Source: an uncultured Thermoplasmata archaeon (GTDB lineage: Archaea > Thermoplasmatota > Thermoplasmata > Lutacidiplasmatales > UBA184). Taken from it: a DNA stretch of 64,000 nt. The position numbers were made by a program, and so were the translations under genes. This document shows positions 38,221 through 47,862 of this stretch, one piece after another. The stretch is taken from the NCBI GenBank assembly GCA_963773945.1, contig CAVZDD010000003.1, positions 370,060 through 434,059 on the forward strand, given 5' to 3'. The notes beneath the pieces were generated by a model. The model was given only the letters and a program-made list of their open reading frames with translations, was not told the origin of the DNA and searched no databases. The first letter of the stretch is position 1. Every line of letters starts with the position of its first letter.

Positions 38221-39393
38221 ATGATGTCGTCCCAAGTGCCCGGTGAGCTAACGGGAGAATCCCTCCGGTTGAGAACGCCCGCGGGTTCGGTCCCGCTGGG
38301 CTTCGCTCAGGAGGAAGGTGTCGTCTACCTGGTCGCACGGGAGCGGGCTGCCCAGTGGCCGGTAGACCTCCTCCGGAACGGCCACGGAATGCTGACGCTC
38401 CCCGAGGGCGGCGTCGAGGGCACGCCGCGATTGATCAGCGACCGGAGCGAACAGACCCGGGTGCTGCGCCTGTTCCTCCAAAAGTATGGACCCGACCGAT
38501 TCGCCCGGTGGTACGAACATCCGGCCCGGATCCTTCGGGTCACGCTGAACCCGGCTCCTCCGCATCAGGGCCCGGGCACCGAGCACTACTACGAATGGTT
38601 GCAATCCGAGTTCGACAACGTCGCCGAAGACTATGACCGGCACATCACCGGCAACCGGATGAACCGTCTCCTCCGGAACCGGAGTCTCGCGTGGCTGGAA
38701 CCCCGCTTCGCCCGATCCCGAAGACTGCTGGAGATCGGATGTGGGTCCGGCATGGAAACGCTCCCTATGCTCCGCGCCGGCCATCAGGTCGTCGCAGTCG
38801 ACATCTCCGAGCGGATGCTGTCCACCGTCCGCTCGAAGGCGGAGCGGGAAGGCCTGGGCGGACAGCTCGAGACCCGGCACCTCCGGGCCCGGGACCTAGA
38901 CTACCTCGTCGAGGACCTGGGAACCGGGAGCATCGATGGCGCGTACTCCACGTACGGCGCGCTGAACTGCGAACCAGATCTCGGGCCGATACCGGTCGCT
39001 CTCCGACGACTCCTCGCGCCCGGTGCCCCGTTTGTCGCTGGCGTGTACAACCGGTGGTGCCTTTTCGAGATAGCGGGGTACAGCGCGTCACTCCAGACGT
39101 CGCGGGCCTTTGGACGGCGCCGAAATCCCATCCCGGTCGGCAGTTCTCGTTTTTGCGTGGACGTGTACGCGCATTCCGTGGCGGACTTTGAGCGCCTCTT
39201 CCGCCCGGGATTCTCGGTGGAGCGGATCGAGGGGGTGCCGGTGCTCCTACCTCCCTCCGACCTCACCGGATACGCGGAGAAATTCTCGCGCCACTTTGAA
39301 CGGTTGGCGGGATGGGACGCGTGGGTCGGCCACCGGTGGCCGTTCAACCGGCTCGGGGACCACTTCCTGATCACCCTGGTGCGGGCGTCGTAA
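38221..39393 (+). CDS. Fusion protein: N-terminal split-barrel domain (resembles the F420-dependent nitroreductase family DUF385 and the PPOX class) plus a C-terminal class I SAM-dependent methyltransferase
   Basis: N-terminus GVVYLVARERAAQWPVDLLRNGHGMLTLPEGGVEG...RVLRLFLQKYGPDRFARWY; C-terminus RRLLEIGCGSGMETLPMLRAGHQVVAVDIS (motif I) and post-I/II motifs. Confidence 0.65.
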   Translation: MMSSQVPGELTGESLRLRTPAGSVPLGFAQEEGVVYLVARERAAQWPVDLLRNGHGMLTLPEGGVEGTPRLISDRSEQTRVLRLFLQKYGPDRFARWYEHPARILRVTLNPAPPHQGPGTEHYYEWLQSEFDNVAEDYDRHITGNRMNRLLRNRSLAWLEPRFARSRRLLEIGCGSGMETLPMLRAGHQVVAVDISERMLSTVRSKAEREGLGGQLETRHLRARDLDYLVEDLGTGSIDGAYSTYGALNCEPDLGPIPVALRRLLAPGAPFVAGVYNRWCLFEIAGYSASLQTSRAFGRRRNPIPVGSSRFCVDVYAHSVADFERLFRPGFSVERIEGVPVLLPPSDLTGYAEKFSRHFERLAGWDAWVGHRWPFNRLGDHFLITLVRAS

Positions 39394-39406
39394 GAGGAGA
39401 GAGATC

Positions 39407-39703
39407 GTGGACCCGACCCCGTTGCCCCCCCGAGTCACCGAGCACTTCGAAATTTCTCGGCGACGCATTCGAGTGTACTCCGAACGCTGGCCGATCAAGT
39501 ACCTCGTCTCCAACCACGGGCTCTGCCTCGGTATCGATACGAAGCGTCGATCGTTCCTGTTCTTGGCCCACCGAAAGGGCCTGATCGTCCGTCGACGTCC
39601 GGTAGGCGATACGGTGGTCGAGGACCTGAACTACGAAATCCCGGCCATTCTGCGGGCCCTCCAGGCGTCGAAGGCGGGGACGATGGGTGGCCCGACTCCC
39701 TGA
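39407..39703 (+). CDS. Small hypothetical protein (98 aa)
   Basis: Protein-like composition; no family recognised by eye; wedged between two methyltransferase genes. Confidence 0.35.
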   Translation: MDPTPLPPRVTEHFEISRRRIRVYSERWPIKYLVSNHGLCLGIDTKRRSFLFLAHRKGLIVRRRPVGDTVVEDLNYEIPAILRALQASKAGTMGGPTP

Positions 39704-39782
39704 CACCACGCCCTTCGTATCGCTAGGTTTTCTCCGTCGGATCGAGAGGGTTCTGGAAACGTCGGGTGACTTCGAATCCAAC

Positions 39783-40684
39783 ATGCCCGCGCAAGAACCG
39801 GTGTCGGACCGACCGCCGCCGGGGCGGTTCGTCCGTACATCCCCTCGGGCTCGCCTGGACACTGACGCGGGCCGGGTAGTCCTCCCCACGGCGCCGCCGC
39901 TCCCCCCACCCGGCTCTCAGGAGACACCCGACTTTTCACGAATCGACTTCGACCGGCTCTGGTCCGGCCGCGGCAAAGTGACGGAAGTCGAGGGGACCCT
40001 CCTCGCCCGTGCCCTCGCTTCCGCTTCGCCGGGCCGTGGATTGGAGATCGGTTCGGGTCCCGGTCGGCTCACCCGTACCTGGCTCAGTGGTCCCCCGATA
40101 TCGTGGCCTCGGATGCCACCCTGTCCCTGCTGCGAAGCCGCCCGGTTTCCGAGAACGGAGAACCGCCGCGGGTCGGAGCCAACGTTTACCACTTGCCGTT
40201 CAAAGACGGGGTGTTCGCGGCGGCGACGATGGTGCGGGTGTTCGGCTTCCTGACCGACCCCGAAGCCGCACTCCGGGAAATCCATCGCGTCCTGCGTCCC
40301 GAGGGAGTTCTAGTCCTCTCCTTCGAACCTCACCCGACCGTGGGCAGTTTCGTCGATGACCTGAAGGTGAGTTTCGCCCGAAGTCGCGATGGGCGAATCC
40401 GGCCGAGGACATTCTCCACGGAGAGCGTGGTGCCCGTTCGCCCGAGCTCCTTCCCGGCGTGGTCCCACACCCGGGCCCATGTGCGCAAGTTGACCGACGC
40501 CGCCGGATTCTCGCCCGAGATGGAGTACCCCTGTGGCCTCGAAGATCTCGCCGGATTTCGACAGCTCCCAGCTTCCGTCTTCCTCTCCCTTGGACGGGCC
40601 CTGTCCGACTTGGGAGGGTTCCCTACGCGTTTCGCGCTGCTCCGAAGGGTGGCCGAGCCGGTGGGGTCGGTAGCCCCCCGGTAG
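39783..40684 (+). CDS. Class I SAM-dependent methyltransferase (Methyltransf_11-like), frameshifted at a C5 run (~40092-40096)
   Basis: Frame 0: ...GRGLEIGSGPGRLTRTWLSGP (motif I). Frame 2 from a GTG at 40103: DIVASDATLSLL...VYHLPFKDGVFAAATMVRVFGFLTDPEAALREIHRVLRPEGVLVLSF. One extra C in the run would fuse the two frames. Confidence 0.65.
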
Positions 40685-40736
40685 CCGATTTTGCCCACGC
40701 CCCAATCGCCCGCCAGCCCAGGCGCTTCGGAATCTT

Positions 40737-41498
40737 TCACACGCGGACGCGGCGCCGGTCAAGACGACCCCAACGGGCCGGGTCCAGGAATCCGCGCACC
40801 AGCTTGGAGAAAAAGATCGGAGTGTAGAACAGATCGCGGGGCCGACCACTGTTCATGTGGATGAGCTGAATCACGAGGAGGGCGTAGAGCAGTTCTCGCG
40901 GATTCACCCCCGAGGTTGTCCGGATGGCCGCCCCCTGGAATTCTGGCCAGTTCGGGGCGCTCCGATACGTTCCGCGGTGTTCCATCGCCTCCGGAACGTA
41001 GCGTACCCGGAGGCCGGCCTGGCGCGCCGCCCTTTGGAGGTAGTAGGTTTCCCTCGATTGTACAGAGTCCGGTATATCGGCCGCCAACGCCCAGCGCCGG
41101 CCAACCATCGTCAGTCCGAGGGGGAAACCGTACTGGAATCGATGGCCGGCGGTCATCCCGACCACCGCGGCGGTCCGGGGAGCTTGGTAGGCCTCCCGCG
41201 CCCGCGCGTAGAAGTCGGGACGCGAGATAATCACGTCACTATCGAGGAAGAGCACCGGATCGGTATCCGCAAGTTGCAAGGCAAGATTCCTCGCGTAGCC
41301 CAGACCGACCTCATCCGGGTAGACTTCCGCGCCCCAGCGATGGGCGATCTCGGGAGTTCCGTCCGTGCTGGACCGGTCGACGACGATGATCCGGTGCACC
41401 GGGAGATGCCGCCGTGCGGCCTCCAGGGCGGCGTCGAGGGTCGCGGCGGAGTTGAACGTCGCCACGAGGACGTCGATGGGAGGCCCGCCAGATTCCAT
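40737..41498 (-). CDS. Family-2 glycosyltransferase
   Basis: IDVLVATFNSA...RIIVVDRSSTDGT...LFLDSDV (DxD) GT-A fold motifs. Confidence 0.75.
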   Translation of the reverse strand: MESGGPPIDVLVATFNSAATLDAALEAARRHLPVHRIIVVDRSSTDGTPEIAHRWGAEVYPDEVGLGYARNLALQLADTDPVLFLDSDVIISRPDFYARAREAYQAPRTAAVVGMTAGHRFQYGFPLGLTMVGRRWALAADIPDSVQSRETYYLQRAARQAGLRVRYVPEAMEHRGTYRSAPNWPEFQGAAIRTTSGVNPRELLYALLVIQLIHMNSGRPRDLFYTPIFFSKLVRGFLDPARWGRLDRRRVRV

Positions 41499-41639
41499 AG
41501 CCCTCCGGAGTCTCCTCGCGCCTCGCCCAAGGTTGGAGCCCCGCCGCCCCGGGCGACGCCGGTAGGGTGACCCAAGGGGAAGTTAAGCCCTCCATGGACC
41601 GGCCGTACACCCTAAGTGCCGCGATTTCCATCCCCGTTC

Positions 41640-42455
41640 ATGAGCGATTCGGACGTCGCCTCGGTTCAGGTCGACCGGCGCGACGCGGTGACCCAGGTCC
41701 GTCTATCTCGTCCGGCCAAACTCAACGCGTTAGACCCCGACGCGGTGCGTCTTCTCCGGAGAGCGCTCCAAGATGCGGCCCATGACCCCGCGATCCGTGC
41801 CGTCATCCTGACGGGAGACGGAAAGGCGTTCTCCGCAGGGGGCGACGTCTCCTCGATGCAGGAGCACCTGAGGGCCGGCGATCTCGCTCGTCTGTTCCAT
41901 GAACTGACCGGAGAGCTCGAGCTGACGATCCGGGAGCTCCTCGGCATGCGGAAGCCGGTCGTGGCCTCCCTTCCGGGCGTCGCGGCGGGCGGCGGCCTAT
42001 CGCTCGCCCTGGCGTGCGATTGGCGCATCGCTTCCTCGAACGCCACCCTGGTCCCGGCCTTCGGAGGACTGGGCGCGGTGCCGGACGGCGGACTCACGTT
42101 CTTCCTCCCGCACTTCGTGGGGATCGGCACCGCCCAGGAGTTGTTCTTCTCTTCGAGCCGCGTCTCGGCGGAACGAGCCCTGAGCCTCGGCCTGGTGCAC
42201 GAGGTCGTGCCCCCCGAGGAGCTCGAAGCGCGGACCTGGGCGAAGGCCAACGAGCTGGCGGCTGGCCCGACCCTTGCCTACGCGGCCCTCAAGCATCTGC
42301 TGATCACGTCCTACGGATCAAGCCTCGAAAGTCAACTGGCCCTCGAACGCCGGTATGCCGTCGAAGTGGCTGCCGGACCCGAGCTCGCGGAGGGTATCCA
42401 GGCCTTCGGCGAGAAACGGAAACCGGACTTCCCGTCCCCCGAAGACAACGATTAG
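41640..42455 (+). CDS. Enoyl-CoA hydratase/isomerase (crotonase family)
   Basis: RPAKLNALD...VILTGDGKAFSAGGDV...LPGVAAGGGLSLALACD; start refined to the ATG at 41640. Confidence 0.85.
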   Translation: MSDSDVASVQVDRRDAVTQVRLSRPAKLNALDPDAVRLLRRALQDAAHDPAIRAVILTGDGKAFSAGGDVSSMQEHLRAGDLARLFHELTGELELTIRELLGMRKPVVASLPGVAAGGGLSLALACDWRIASSNATLVPAFGGLGAVPDGGLTFFLPHFVGIGTAQELFFSSSRVSAERALSLGLVHEVVPPEELEARTWAKANELAAGPTLAYAALKHLLITSYGSSLESQLALERRYAVEVAAGPELAEGIQAFGEKRKPDFPSPEDND

Positions 42456-42712
42456 CGAATCTGGACGGGAGGAAGACTCCCCTGCAGCGGAAGTTCCTCT
42501 CGCTCCACGCGGTCGATCTGTGCCAGTGGATGCTCCTCGTGGAGCACGCGCTCCAATTCCCGCAGTGCGGCCGGTTCCCCTTCGAGCTGTGCCTCCACGC
42601 TCCCATCGGGCCGGTTCTCGACGAATCCCCCGATGCCCAGCGCGCGGGAGCGGCTTCTCACGAACTGCCGGAATCCGACGCCTTGCACTCGGCCACTGAA
42701 CCGGAACCGCAT
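42452..42712 (-). CDS. acyP: Acylphosphatase
   Basis: FSGRVQGVGFRQFV...GFVENRPDGSVEAQLEG; 86 aa from the ATG at 42712; stop overlaps the crotonase stop convergently. Confidence 0.8.
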   Translation of the reverse strand: MRFRFSGRVQGVGFRQFVRSRSRALGIGGFVENRPDGSVEAQLEGEPAALRELERVLHEEHPLAQIDRVEREELPLQGSLPPVQIR

Positions 42713-42746
42713 CCGGATTCGAGACACGACCGTCAAACGTGTGACC

Positions 42747-42755
42747 TTAAATAAA
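42747..42755. promoter_or_regulatory. AT-rich TATA element (TTAAATAAA), shared bidirectionally by the nuo operon (+) and acyP (-)
   Basis: The only AT-rich block in the 96-bp divergent gap; GGAGG lies 12 nt before the nuoA ATG. Confidence 0.5.
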
Positions 42756-42808
42756 GCCAAAAGGTTCGAAACAACGACTGAGTGCGCTAGCCGGAGGAAG
42801 GTCGAAAA

Positions 42809-43174
42809 ATGGGGGCCGGCATCACCACCTTCCTGGTCTTCGCGGCCATCGCGTGTGTGTTCGGAATCGGTTCAATTATCGGTAACAAAACCCTCGGCGC
42901 CAAGCGCCGGCGCGCGTACCTCCAGGCCCTCACGTACGAATCCGGGCAGGAACCGGAGGGCGAGACCCAGATCGACTTCCCGACCCAGCACTACACCTTC
43001 GCGATCGTTTTCGTCGCCGTCGACGTGATCGGGTTCGTCCTCGCGTTGTGGGGCGTGAACTATCGGGCGAGCCACGACGCGCTGCTGCCGACCTTCATCG
43101 TGTTCGGATTTACTGCGTTGGCGATTATCGGCATCTACTATGCCCTCGTGGGCGAGCGGAGGCTCGTCGTATGA
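42809..43174 (+). CDS. nuoA: Complex-I-like oxidoreductase subunit A
   Basis: Three TM helices with a YESG loop; first gene of the operon. Confidence 0.9.
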   Translation: MGAGITTFLVFAAIACVFGIGSIIGNKTLGAKRRRAYLQALTYESGQEPEGETQIDFPTQHYTFAIVFVAVDVIGFVLALWGVNYRASHDALLPTFIVFGFTALAIIGIYYALVGERRLVV

Positions 43175-43788
43175 GCGGTCAGACTCCCCTTCCCCCCAAA
43201 GCGGCCCCTCCACCCTCCGGGGCCCACGCCGACATTCCGCTCGAGGTCGTCGGCCAACCGGGGGTCCCCTTTTTCGAGATCGAGACCCTGCGGGCGCGCG
43301 AGTTCATCCCGGCCGCCAAAGAGGCCCTTTCCTCGCTGCTGAAGGAGCAGGCGGAGGGGAAGCTCATCCGCCCCGTCTTCAACTGGGCCGGCCGGAACTC
43401 GCTGTTCCCCCTCCATTGGGGATTGGCCTGCTGCGCCATCGAGTTCGCCGCCGCGTTCGGCGCCCGTTGGGACGCCGAGCGATTCGGGATCGTGCCGCGA
43501 TCCTCTCCTCGACAGTGCGACCTGCTGATCGTCAATGGAACGGTCACGTGGAAGGTCTCGCACAAGCTCATCACGCTCTACGAGCAGATGCCGGAGCCCA
43601 AGTGGGCGATCGCGATGGGCAATTGCGCAACGGGGGGGGGTCCGTTCCGCACCGCCTACTCGGTGGTGCCCGGGGTGGACAAGTTGATCCCGGTCGACGT
43701 TTACATTGCCGGATGCCCGCCACGGCCGGAGAACCTGCTGGACGGGATTCTCCGATTGGAGAAACTGATCAAGGAGCGCGGCGAGTAG
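43171..43788 (+). CDS. nuoB: Complex-I-like subunit B (PSST, N2 cluster)
   Basis: GLACCAIE...GNCATGGGPF...IAGCPPRP Cys ligands; ATGA overlap with nuoA. Confidence 0.9.
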   Translation: MSGQTPLPPKAAPPPSGAHADIPLEVVGQPGVPFFEIETLRAREFIPAAKEALSSLLKEQAEGKLIRPVFNWAGRNSLFPLHWGLACCAIEFAAAFGARWDAERFGIVPRSSPRQCDLLIVNGTVTWKVSHKLITLYEQMPEPKWAIAMGNCATGGGPFRTAYSVVPGVDKLIPVDVYIAGCPPRPENLLDGILRLEKLIKERGE

Positions 43789-43830
43789 CCCGCCCGGTCG
43801 GAGCTGGACGGAGGGGGACTGGGGCGCACC

Positions 43831-44307
43831 GTGCAGACCACCGAGCTCGCCACGATTCTCACCTCGAAGTTCGGGGACCAGGTCCTGGGCGTCGATGAGT
43901 TTTCCGGATTGCTGGGTCGTGTCCGATTCCAACCGGCCATCGCGACGGAGCTCTTCCGAACATTCCGAGATGACCTCGGATTTACCCATTTGTCGATGGT
44001 GGGTGCCGTCGATTGGGTGGACCATCGGGAAGTGTTCTACGCGCTCTGGTCGGACGTCGACAAGGTCTACGTGATGCTGTCGACGAATCTTCCCTCCGAG
44101 TCGCCGTCGATCGCCAGCGCGGTACCGATCTGGCCCTCGGCCAACGCGCACGAGCGGGAAGCCTGGGACTTGGTTGGTGTCCGCTTCGTAGGACACCCGG
44201 ACCTTCGCCGGATTTTCATGCCGGAGGGCTACGCCTACCACCCGCTGCTGCGGTCGTTCAAGATCCACGAGCCCGAGGACCTGGAGGTGAAGGTGCGCAG
44301 TGACTGA
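43831..44307 (+). CDS. nuoC: Complex-I-like subunit C (30 kDa)
   Basis: NuoC-family fold; separate from nuoD. Confidence 0.85.
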   Translation: MQTTELATILTSKFGDQVLGVDEFSGLLGRVRFQPAIATELFRTFRDDLGFTHLSMVGAVDWVDHREVFYALWSDVDKVYVMLSTNLPSESPSIASAVPIWPSANAHEREAWDLVGVRFVGHPDLRRIFMPEGYAYHPLLRSFKIHEPEDLEVKVRSD

Positions 44308-45445
44308 GATGTGGGTCAACATGGGGCCGCAACACCCCATGACGCACGGCCTCTGGAACCTCCGCGTGAGGATCGAGGGCGAGATCATCAAGGATGTGGA
44401 ACCCGAGATGGGGTACCTGCACCGGGGCATCGAGAAGATCTCCGAGGACCGGCACTACAACGAGATCATCACGCTCATGGACCGGACCTGCTACGTGGCC
44501 GGCCTCGCGTGGGAGCACCTGTTCATCCTCGCCTCCGAACAGGCGCTCCACATCACCCCGCCCGAGCGGGCGGAGTACATCCGCGTCCTCTCGTCGGAGC
44601 TGCAGCGTATCGCGAGCCACCTGATGTGGTACTCGGCCTTCGTCCAGGACATTGGCCTGATGACCCCATTCCTGTACGGGATGCGGGACCGGGACCTCAT
44701 CCTGGACCTGTTCCAGAGCTACACCGGCGGCCGCCTCACCTACGAGTACATGCGCGTGGGGGGGGTGCGCAACGACCTGCCGCTCGGCTTCACCGAGCGC
44801 TGCCGCAAGGTGATCGACTGGTGCATGGACCGATGGGTCGAGTACGACCAGCTCTGCCTCTCCTCAACGATCTTCCACGAGCGCTGCGACGGGATCGGGG
44901 TACTCCACGAACCGGAGGCGGTCGCCTACGGGGTGACCGGACCGATGCTCCGTTCCGCCGGCTCGCACCGGGACCTGCGGAAGGATCGACCGTATTCGGT
45001 TTACGACAAGCTCCACTTCGATGTCGCGACCGCCACCACCGCGGACGTAACGGGTCGCTACCTCGTCCGGATGGAAGAGATGCGCCAGTCGGTGCGGATC
45101 GTGCGTCAATGCCTCGACTGGCTCGATGACCACCCCGGGCCCGTCATGGCCGCTCAGCTCCCCCGGTGGCTCGGAGCGCCGTATGCGCCGGTCGGCAACG
45201 AATCGTACCTGCTCAAGCGGAACTATCCTACGGGTCTGGGGTTCTCGATGGTCGAGGAACCCCACGGCGAAGCGGGCGCCTACGTCGTGAACGACGGAGG
45301 CGAGCACCCGTACCGGGTGAAGTTCCGGTCGCCGGTGCTGATCAACATCTGGGCGGCCAAGCGCTATCTGCCCGGCTATCGCGTGGCTGACATTCCTCCG
45401 ATCATGGGCAGCGTCGACGTCTGCGTCGGGGAGTGTGACCGATAG
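44300..45445 (+). CDS. nuoD: Complex-I-like subunit D (49 kDa)
   Basis: MWVNMGPQHPMTHGLWNLRVRIEGE...; 8-nt overlap with nuoC. Confidence 0.95.
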   Translation: MTEMWVNMGPQHPMTHGLWNLRVRIEGEIIKDVEPEMGYLHRGIEKISEDRHYNEIITLMDRTCYVAGLAWEHLFILASEQALHITPPERAEYIRVLSSELQRIASHLMWYSAFVQDIGLMTPFLYGMRDRDLILDLFQSYTGGRLTYEYMRVGGVRNDLPLGFTERCRKVIDWCMDRWVEYDQLCLSSTIFHERCDGIGVLHEPEAVAYGVTGPMLRSAGSHRDLRKDRPYSVYDKLHFDVATATTADVTGRYLVRMEEMRQSVRIVRQCLDWLDDHPGPVMAAQLPRWLGAPYAPVGNESYLLKRNYPTGLGFSMVEEPHGEAGAYVVNDGGEHPYRVKFRSPVLINIWAAKRYLPGYRVADIPPIMGSVDVCVGECDR

Positions 45446-45450
45446 ATCGG

Positions 45451-46581
45451 ATGTCGAACGTCACGTTGTTCTCGGTATCGTACACGATCTCGGCCGACAT
45501 CCTCGGCGCGGTCGCGCGCGTGTTCCCCGCCCCGGTCCATGGGTGGCTCGTCTCGGGCGACGTCGTCACCGGCCTCGGGGCCTTGATCTTCGCCGCGATC
45601 CTCCTCGGGGCGAGCATGATCAACACGATCATGCTAATCTGGTGGGAGCGGAAGCTGCTGGGCCGCTTCATGGACCGCCGCGGCGCGATGCACGTGGGGT
45701 TCGCGGGCCTGCTCCAGAACTTCGCCGACGGGCTCAAACTGTTCCGTAAGGACACGGTGCGCCCGGGACAGGCCGACCCCCTGGGCTTCTGGCTGTCCCC
45801 GACGGCCTACATGGTCACCTCCCTCGTGATCTTCGGCATCCTGCCGATCTCGACCGGTTGGAACGGAGGCACGCTGCCCCTGACCCTCCTGCTCGCGCTC
45901 GTGATCTTCTCCTTCGCGCCACTCTTCATCTTCCTCGGCGCCTGGGCGAGCAACAACAAGTACTCCCTGCTCGGCGGCATGCGCTCGGCGGCCCAGATGA
46001 TCGCCTACGAGGTGCCGATCCTCCTGGCGGTCGTGGCGGTCGTCGTCGTTGCGGGCTCGTTCGACCTGACGACCATCGTCAACGAGCAACGGAACTACTG
46101 GTTCTGGGCTCCGTTGTTCCTCGCGCTCATCGTGTTCCTCACGGGCATGCTGGCCGAGATGGAGCGGATCCCCTTCGACCTGCCCGAGGCCGAGGCGGAG
46201 CTCGTCGAGGGCTGGAACACCGAGTACGGGGGAATGCTGTTTGCCTACTTCATGCTCGCCGACTACCTGCGCGCGCTCGTCGGCAGCATCCTGGTCGTGC
46301 TGCTGTTCCTCGGCGGCTGGACCCTTCCGACGTACGTGCCATCGGTCCTGACGAGCTTCCCGCTGGCCGGCATCTTCTGGTTCATGGTGAAGACGTACCT
46401 CGTCTTCGGACTCTTCGTCTGGATCCGGGCCTCCCTGCCGCGGATCCGGACCGACCAACTCCTCAAGCTGGGCTGGATGCGCATGGTCCCCCTCGCGCTG
46501 CTGAGCGTGGTCCTGGCCGTCCTCGTTGTGCAGGCCCACTGTATCCCGCTGGTCGGTTGCGTGCCGTCGATGGGGGGCTAA
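45451..46581 (+). CDS. nuoH: Complex-I-like subunit H
   Basis: WWERKLLGRFMDRRG...ADGLKLFRKD; polytopic. Confidence 0.9.
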   Translation: MSNVTLFSVSYTISADILGAVARVFPAPVHGWLVSGDVVTGLGALIFAAILLGASMINTIMLIWWERKLLGRFMDRRGAMHVGFAGLLQNFADGLKLFRKDTVRPGQADPLGFWLSPTAYMVTSLVIFGILPISTGWNGGTLPLTLLLALVIFSFAPLFIFLGAWASNNKYSLLGGMRSAAQMIAYEVPILLAVVAVVVVAGSFDLTTIVNEQRNYWFWAPLFLALIVFLTGMLAEMERIPFDLPEAEAELVEGWNTEYGGMLFAYFMLADYLRALVGSILVVLLFLGGWTLPTYVPSVLTSFPLAGIFWFMVKTYLVFGLFVWIRASLPRIRTDQLLKLGWMRMVPLALLSVVLAVLVVQAHCIPLVGCVPSMGG

Positions 46582-46585
46582 GCCG

Positions 46586-47377
46586 ATGGCCGGACCTGCC
46601 GCGAGCCCCACCGCCCCGGTGCCGGGGACCGAGGAGAAGCCGTTCCTCTGGGTGACCCGTCCGCTGGCCACCGCGGCGAAACAATTCGTCAAGAGCCTCT
46701 GGCGACCGTCGACGGTGCTCTACCCGTTCGAGCGGCTCGAGGACCCGAAGTTCCGAGGGGAGGTGGCCGTCGCCTCCGGGAAGCCGATCGGCGTCGGGGA
46801 GATCTGGGACAACTACCGGGGCGTTCACGCGCTCAACATCAACACCTGCATTTCGTGCAACCTCTGCGCGTTCAGCTGCCCCGACGTCTGCATCGAAATG
46901 GTCACGGTGCCGGGCGGCGACCCTAAGCACCCGAAAAAATGCCCCGAGATCGACTACGGAAAGTGCTCGTTCTGCGGCTTCTGCTCGGACGCCTGTCCCG
47001 AGGGCTGCCTCACGATGACGACCCGCTACGAGCTGAGCGCCCACAAGCGGGAGGAGATGGTCTTCTCCCCGGCCAAGATGTTTGAGATCTACCAGTCGAA
47101 GCTTCCGATGAACCCGATCCGGGTCGAACGGCCGAAGAACGAGGACCTGATCCTCCTCGACCCACCGATCTGCATCGGCTGCAACGCGTGCGCCCGCGAC
47201 TGCCCGACGCAGTGCATCACGATGCTCGACATCCCCAAACCGACGCCGAAGCCCGGCGAGAAGGTGGCCAAGCGAATCTGGAAGGAGCCGGTCATCAACG
47301 ACTCCGACTGCGTGCGGTGCGGCACCTGCATCAGTGTGTGCCCCAAGGACTGTCTGTTCTGGGGGACTCGCCAGTGA
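46586..47377 (+). CDS. nuoI: Complex-I-like subunit I with an additional C-terminal 2x[4Fe-4S] ferredoxin domain
   Basis: Four CxxCxxCxxxCP motifs (CISCNLCAFSCP, CSFCGFCSDACP, CIGCNACARDCP, CVRCGTCISVCP); the track ORF 46526 start is an upstream extension. Confidence 0.9.
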   Translation: MAGPAASPTAPVPGTEEKPFLWVTRPLATAAKQFVKSLWRPSTVLYPFERLEDPKFRGEVAVASGKPIGVGEIWDNYRGVHALNINTCISCNLCAFSCPDVCIEMVTVPGGDPKHPKKCPEIDYGKCSFCGFCSDACPEGCLTMTTRYELSAHKREEMVFSPAKMFEIYQSKLPMNPIRVERPKNEDLILLDPPICIGCNACARDCPTQCITMLDIPKPTPKPGEKVAKRIWKEPVINDSDCVRCGTCISVCPKDCLFWGTRQ

Positions 47378-47862
47378 TCCTCGAGCTCCTCGCATTCCTC
47401 GTCCTGGCCGCCACCGCGGTGTTCACCGCGCTCGCCGCGCTGCTCGTGCGCGAGCTTGTCCATACGATCGTCTGGGTGGCCCTCTTCTTCGTCGCGCTCG
47501 CCGGATTCTACTTCTTGCTCTCCGCTCCGTTCCTCGGGGTCCTTCAGCTGGGCGTGTACGCGGGCGCCGTGACAATCCTGCTCCTGTTCGGCGTCATGGT
47601 CACCCGCAAGCGGATCTTCGCCCGGGAGGCGGCCACCGGCCTGGGACCCGGCCCGGTGGCGCTGGCCCTGCTCATCGTGGTCGTGCTCGCCACCGCGGCA
47701 TCGACCATTCCGGCCAGCACCTCGCAGGTCCACGGCTACAGCGTGGCGGCGCTCTCGAACGCCCTCTTCGGCCCGTACGGCGGCTGGCTCCTCCTCCTCG
47801 GCCTGGTCATGCTCCCCGCCCTCGCAGGATCGATCTACCTGGTGCGGGAGGGCCGCGAGTGA
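47374..47862 (+). CDS. nuoJ: Complex-I-like subunit J
   Basis: GTGA overlap with nuoI; five-TM ND6-like protein. Confidence 0.8.
   Translation: MILELLAFLVLAATAVFTALAALLVRELVHTIVWVALFFVALAGFYFLLSAPFLGVLQLGVYAGAVTILLLFGVMVTRKRIFAREAATGLGPGPVALALLIVVVLATAASTIPASTSQVHGYSVAALSNALFGPYGGWLLLLGLVMLPALAGSIYLVREGRE

Noticed and set aside
37271-38224. 317-aa plus-strand ORF
   Set aside because: Less protein-like than the minus-strand ORF on the same DNA (37112-38125), which has a nucleotidyltransferase-like motif; both are low-confidence
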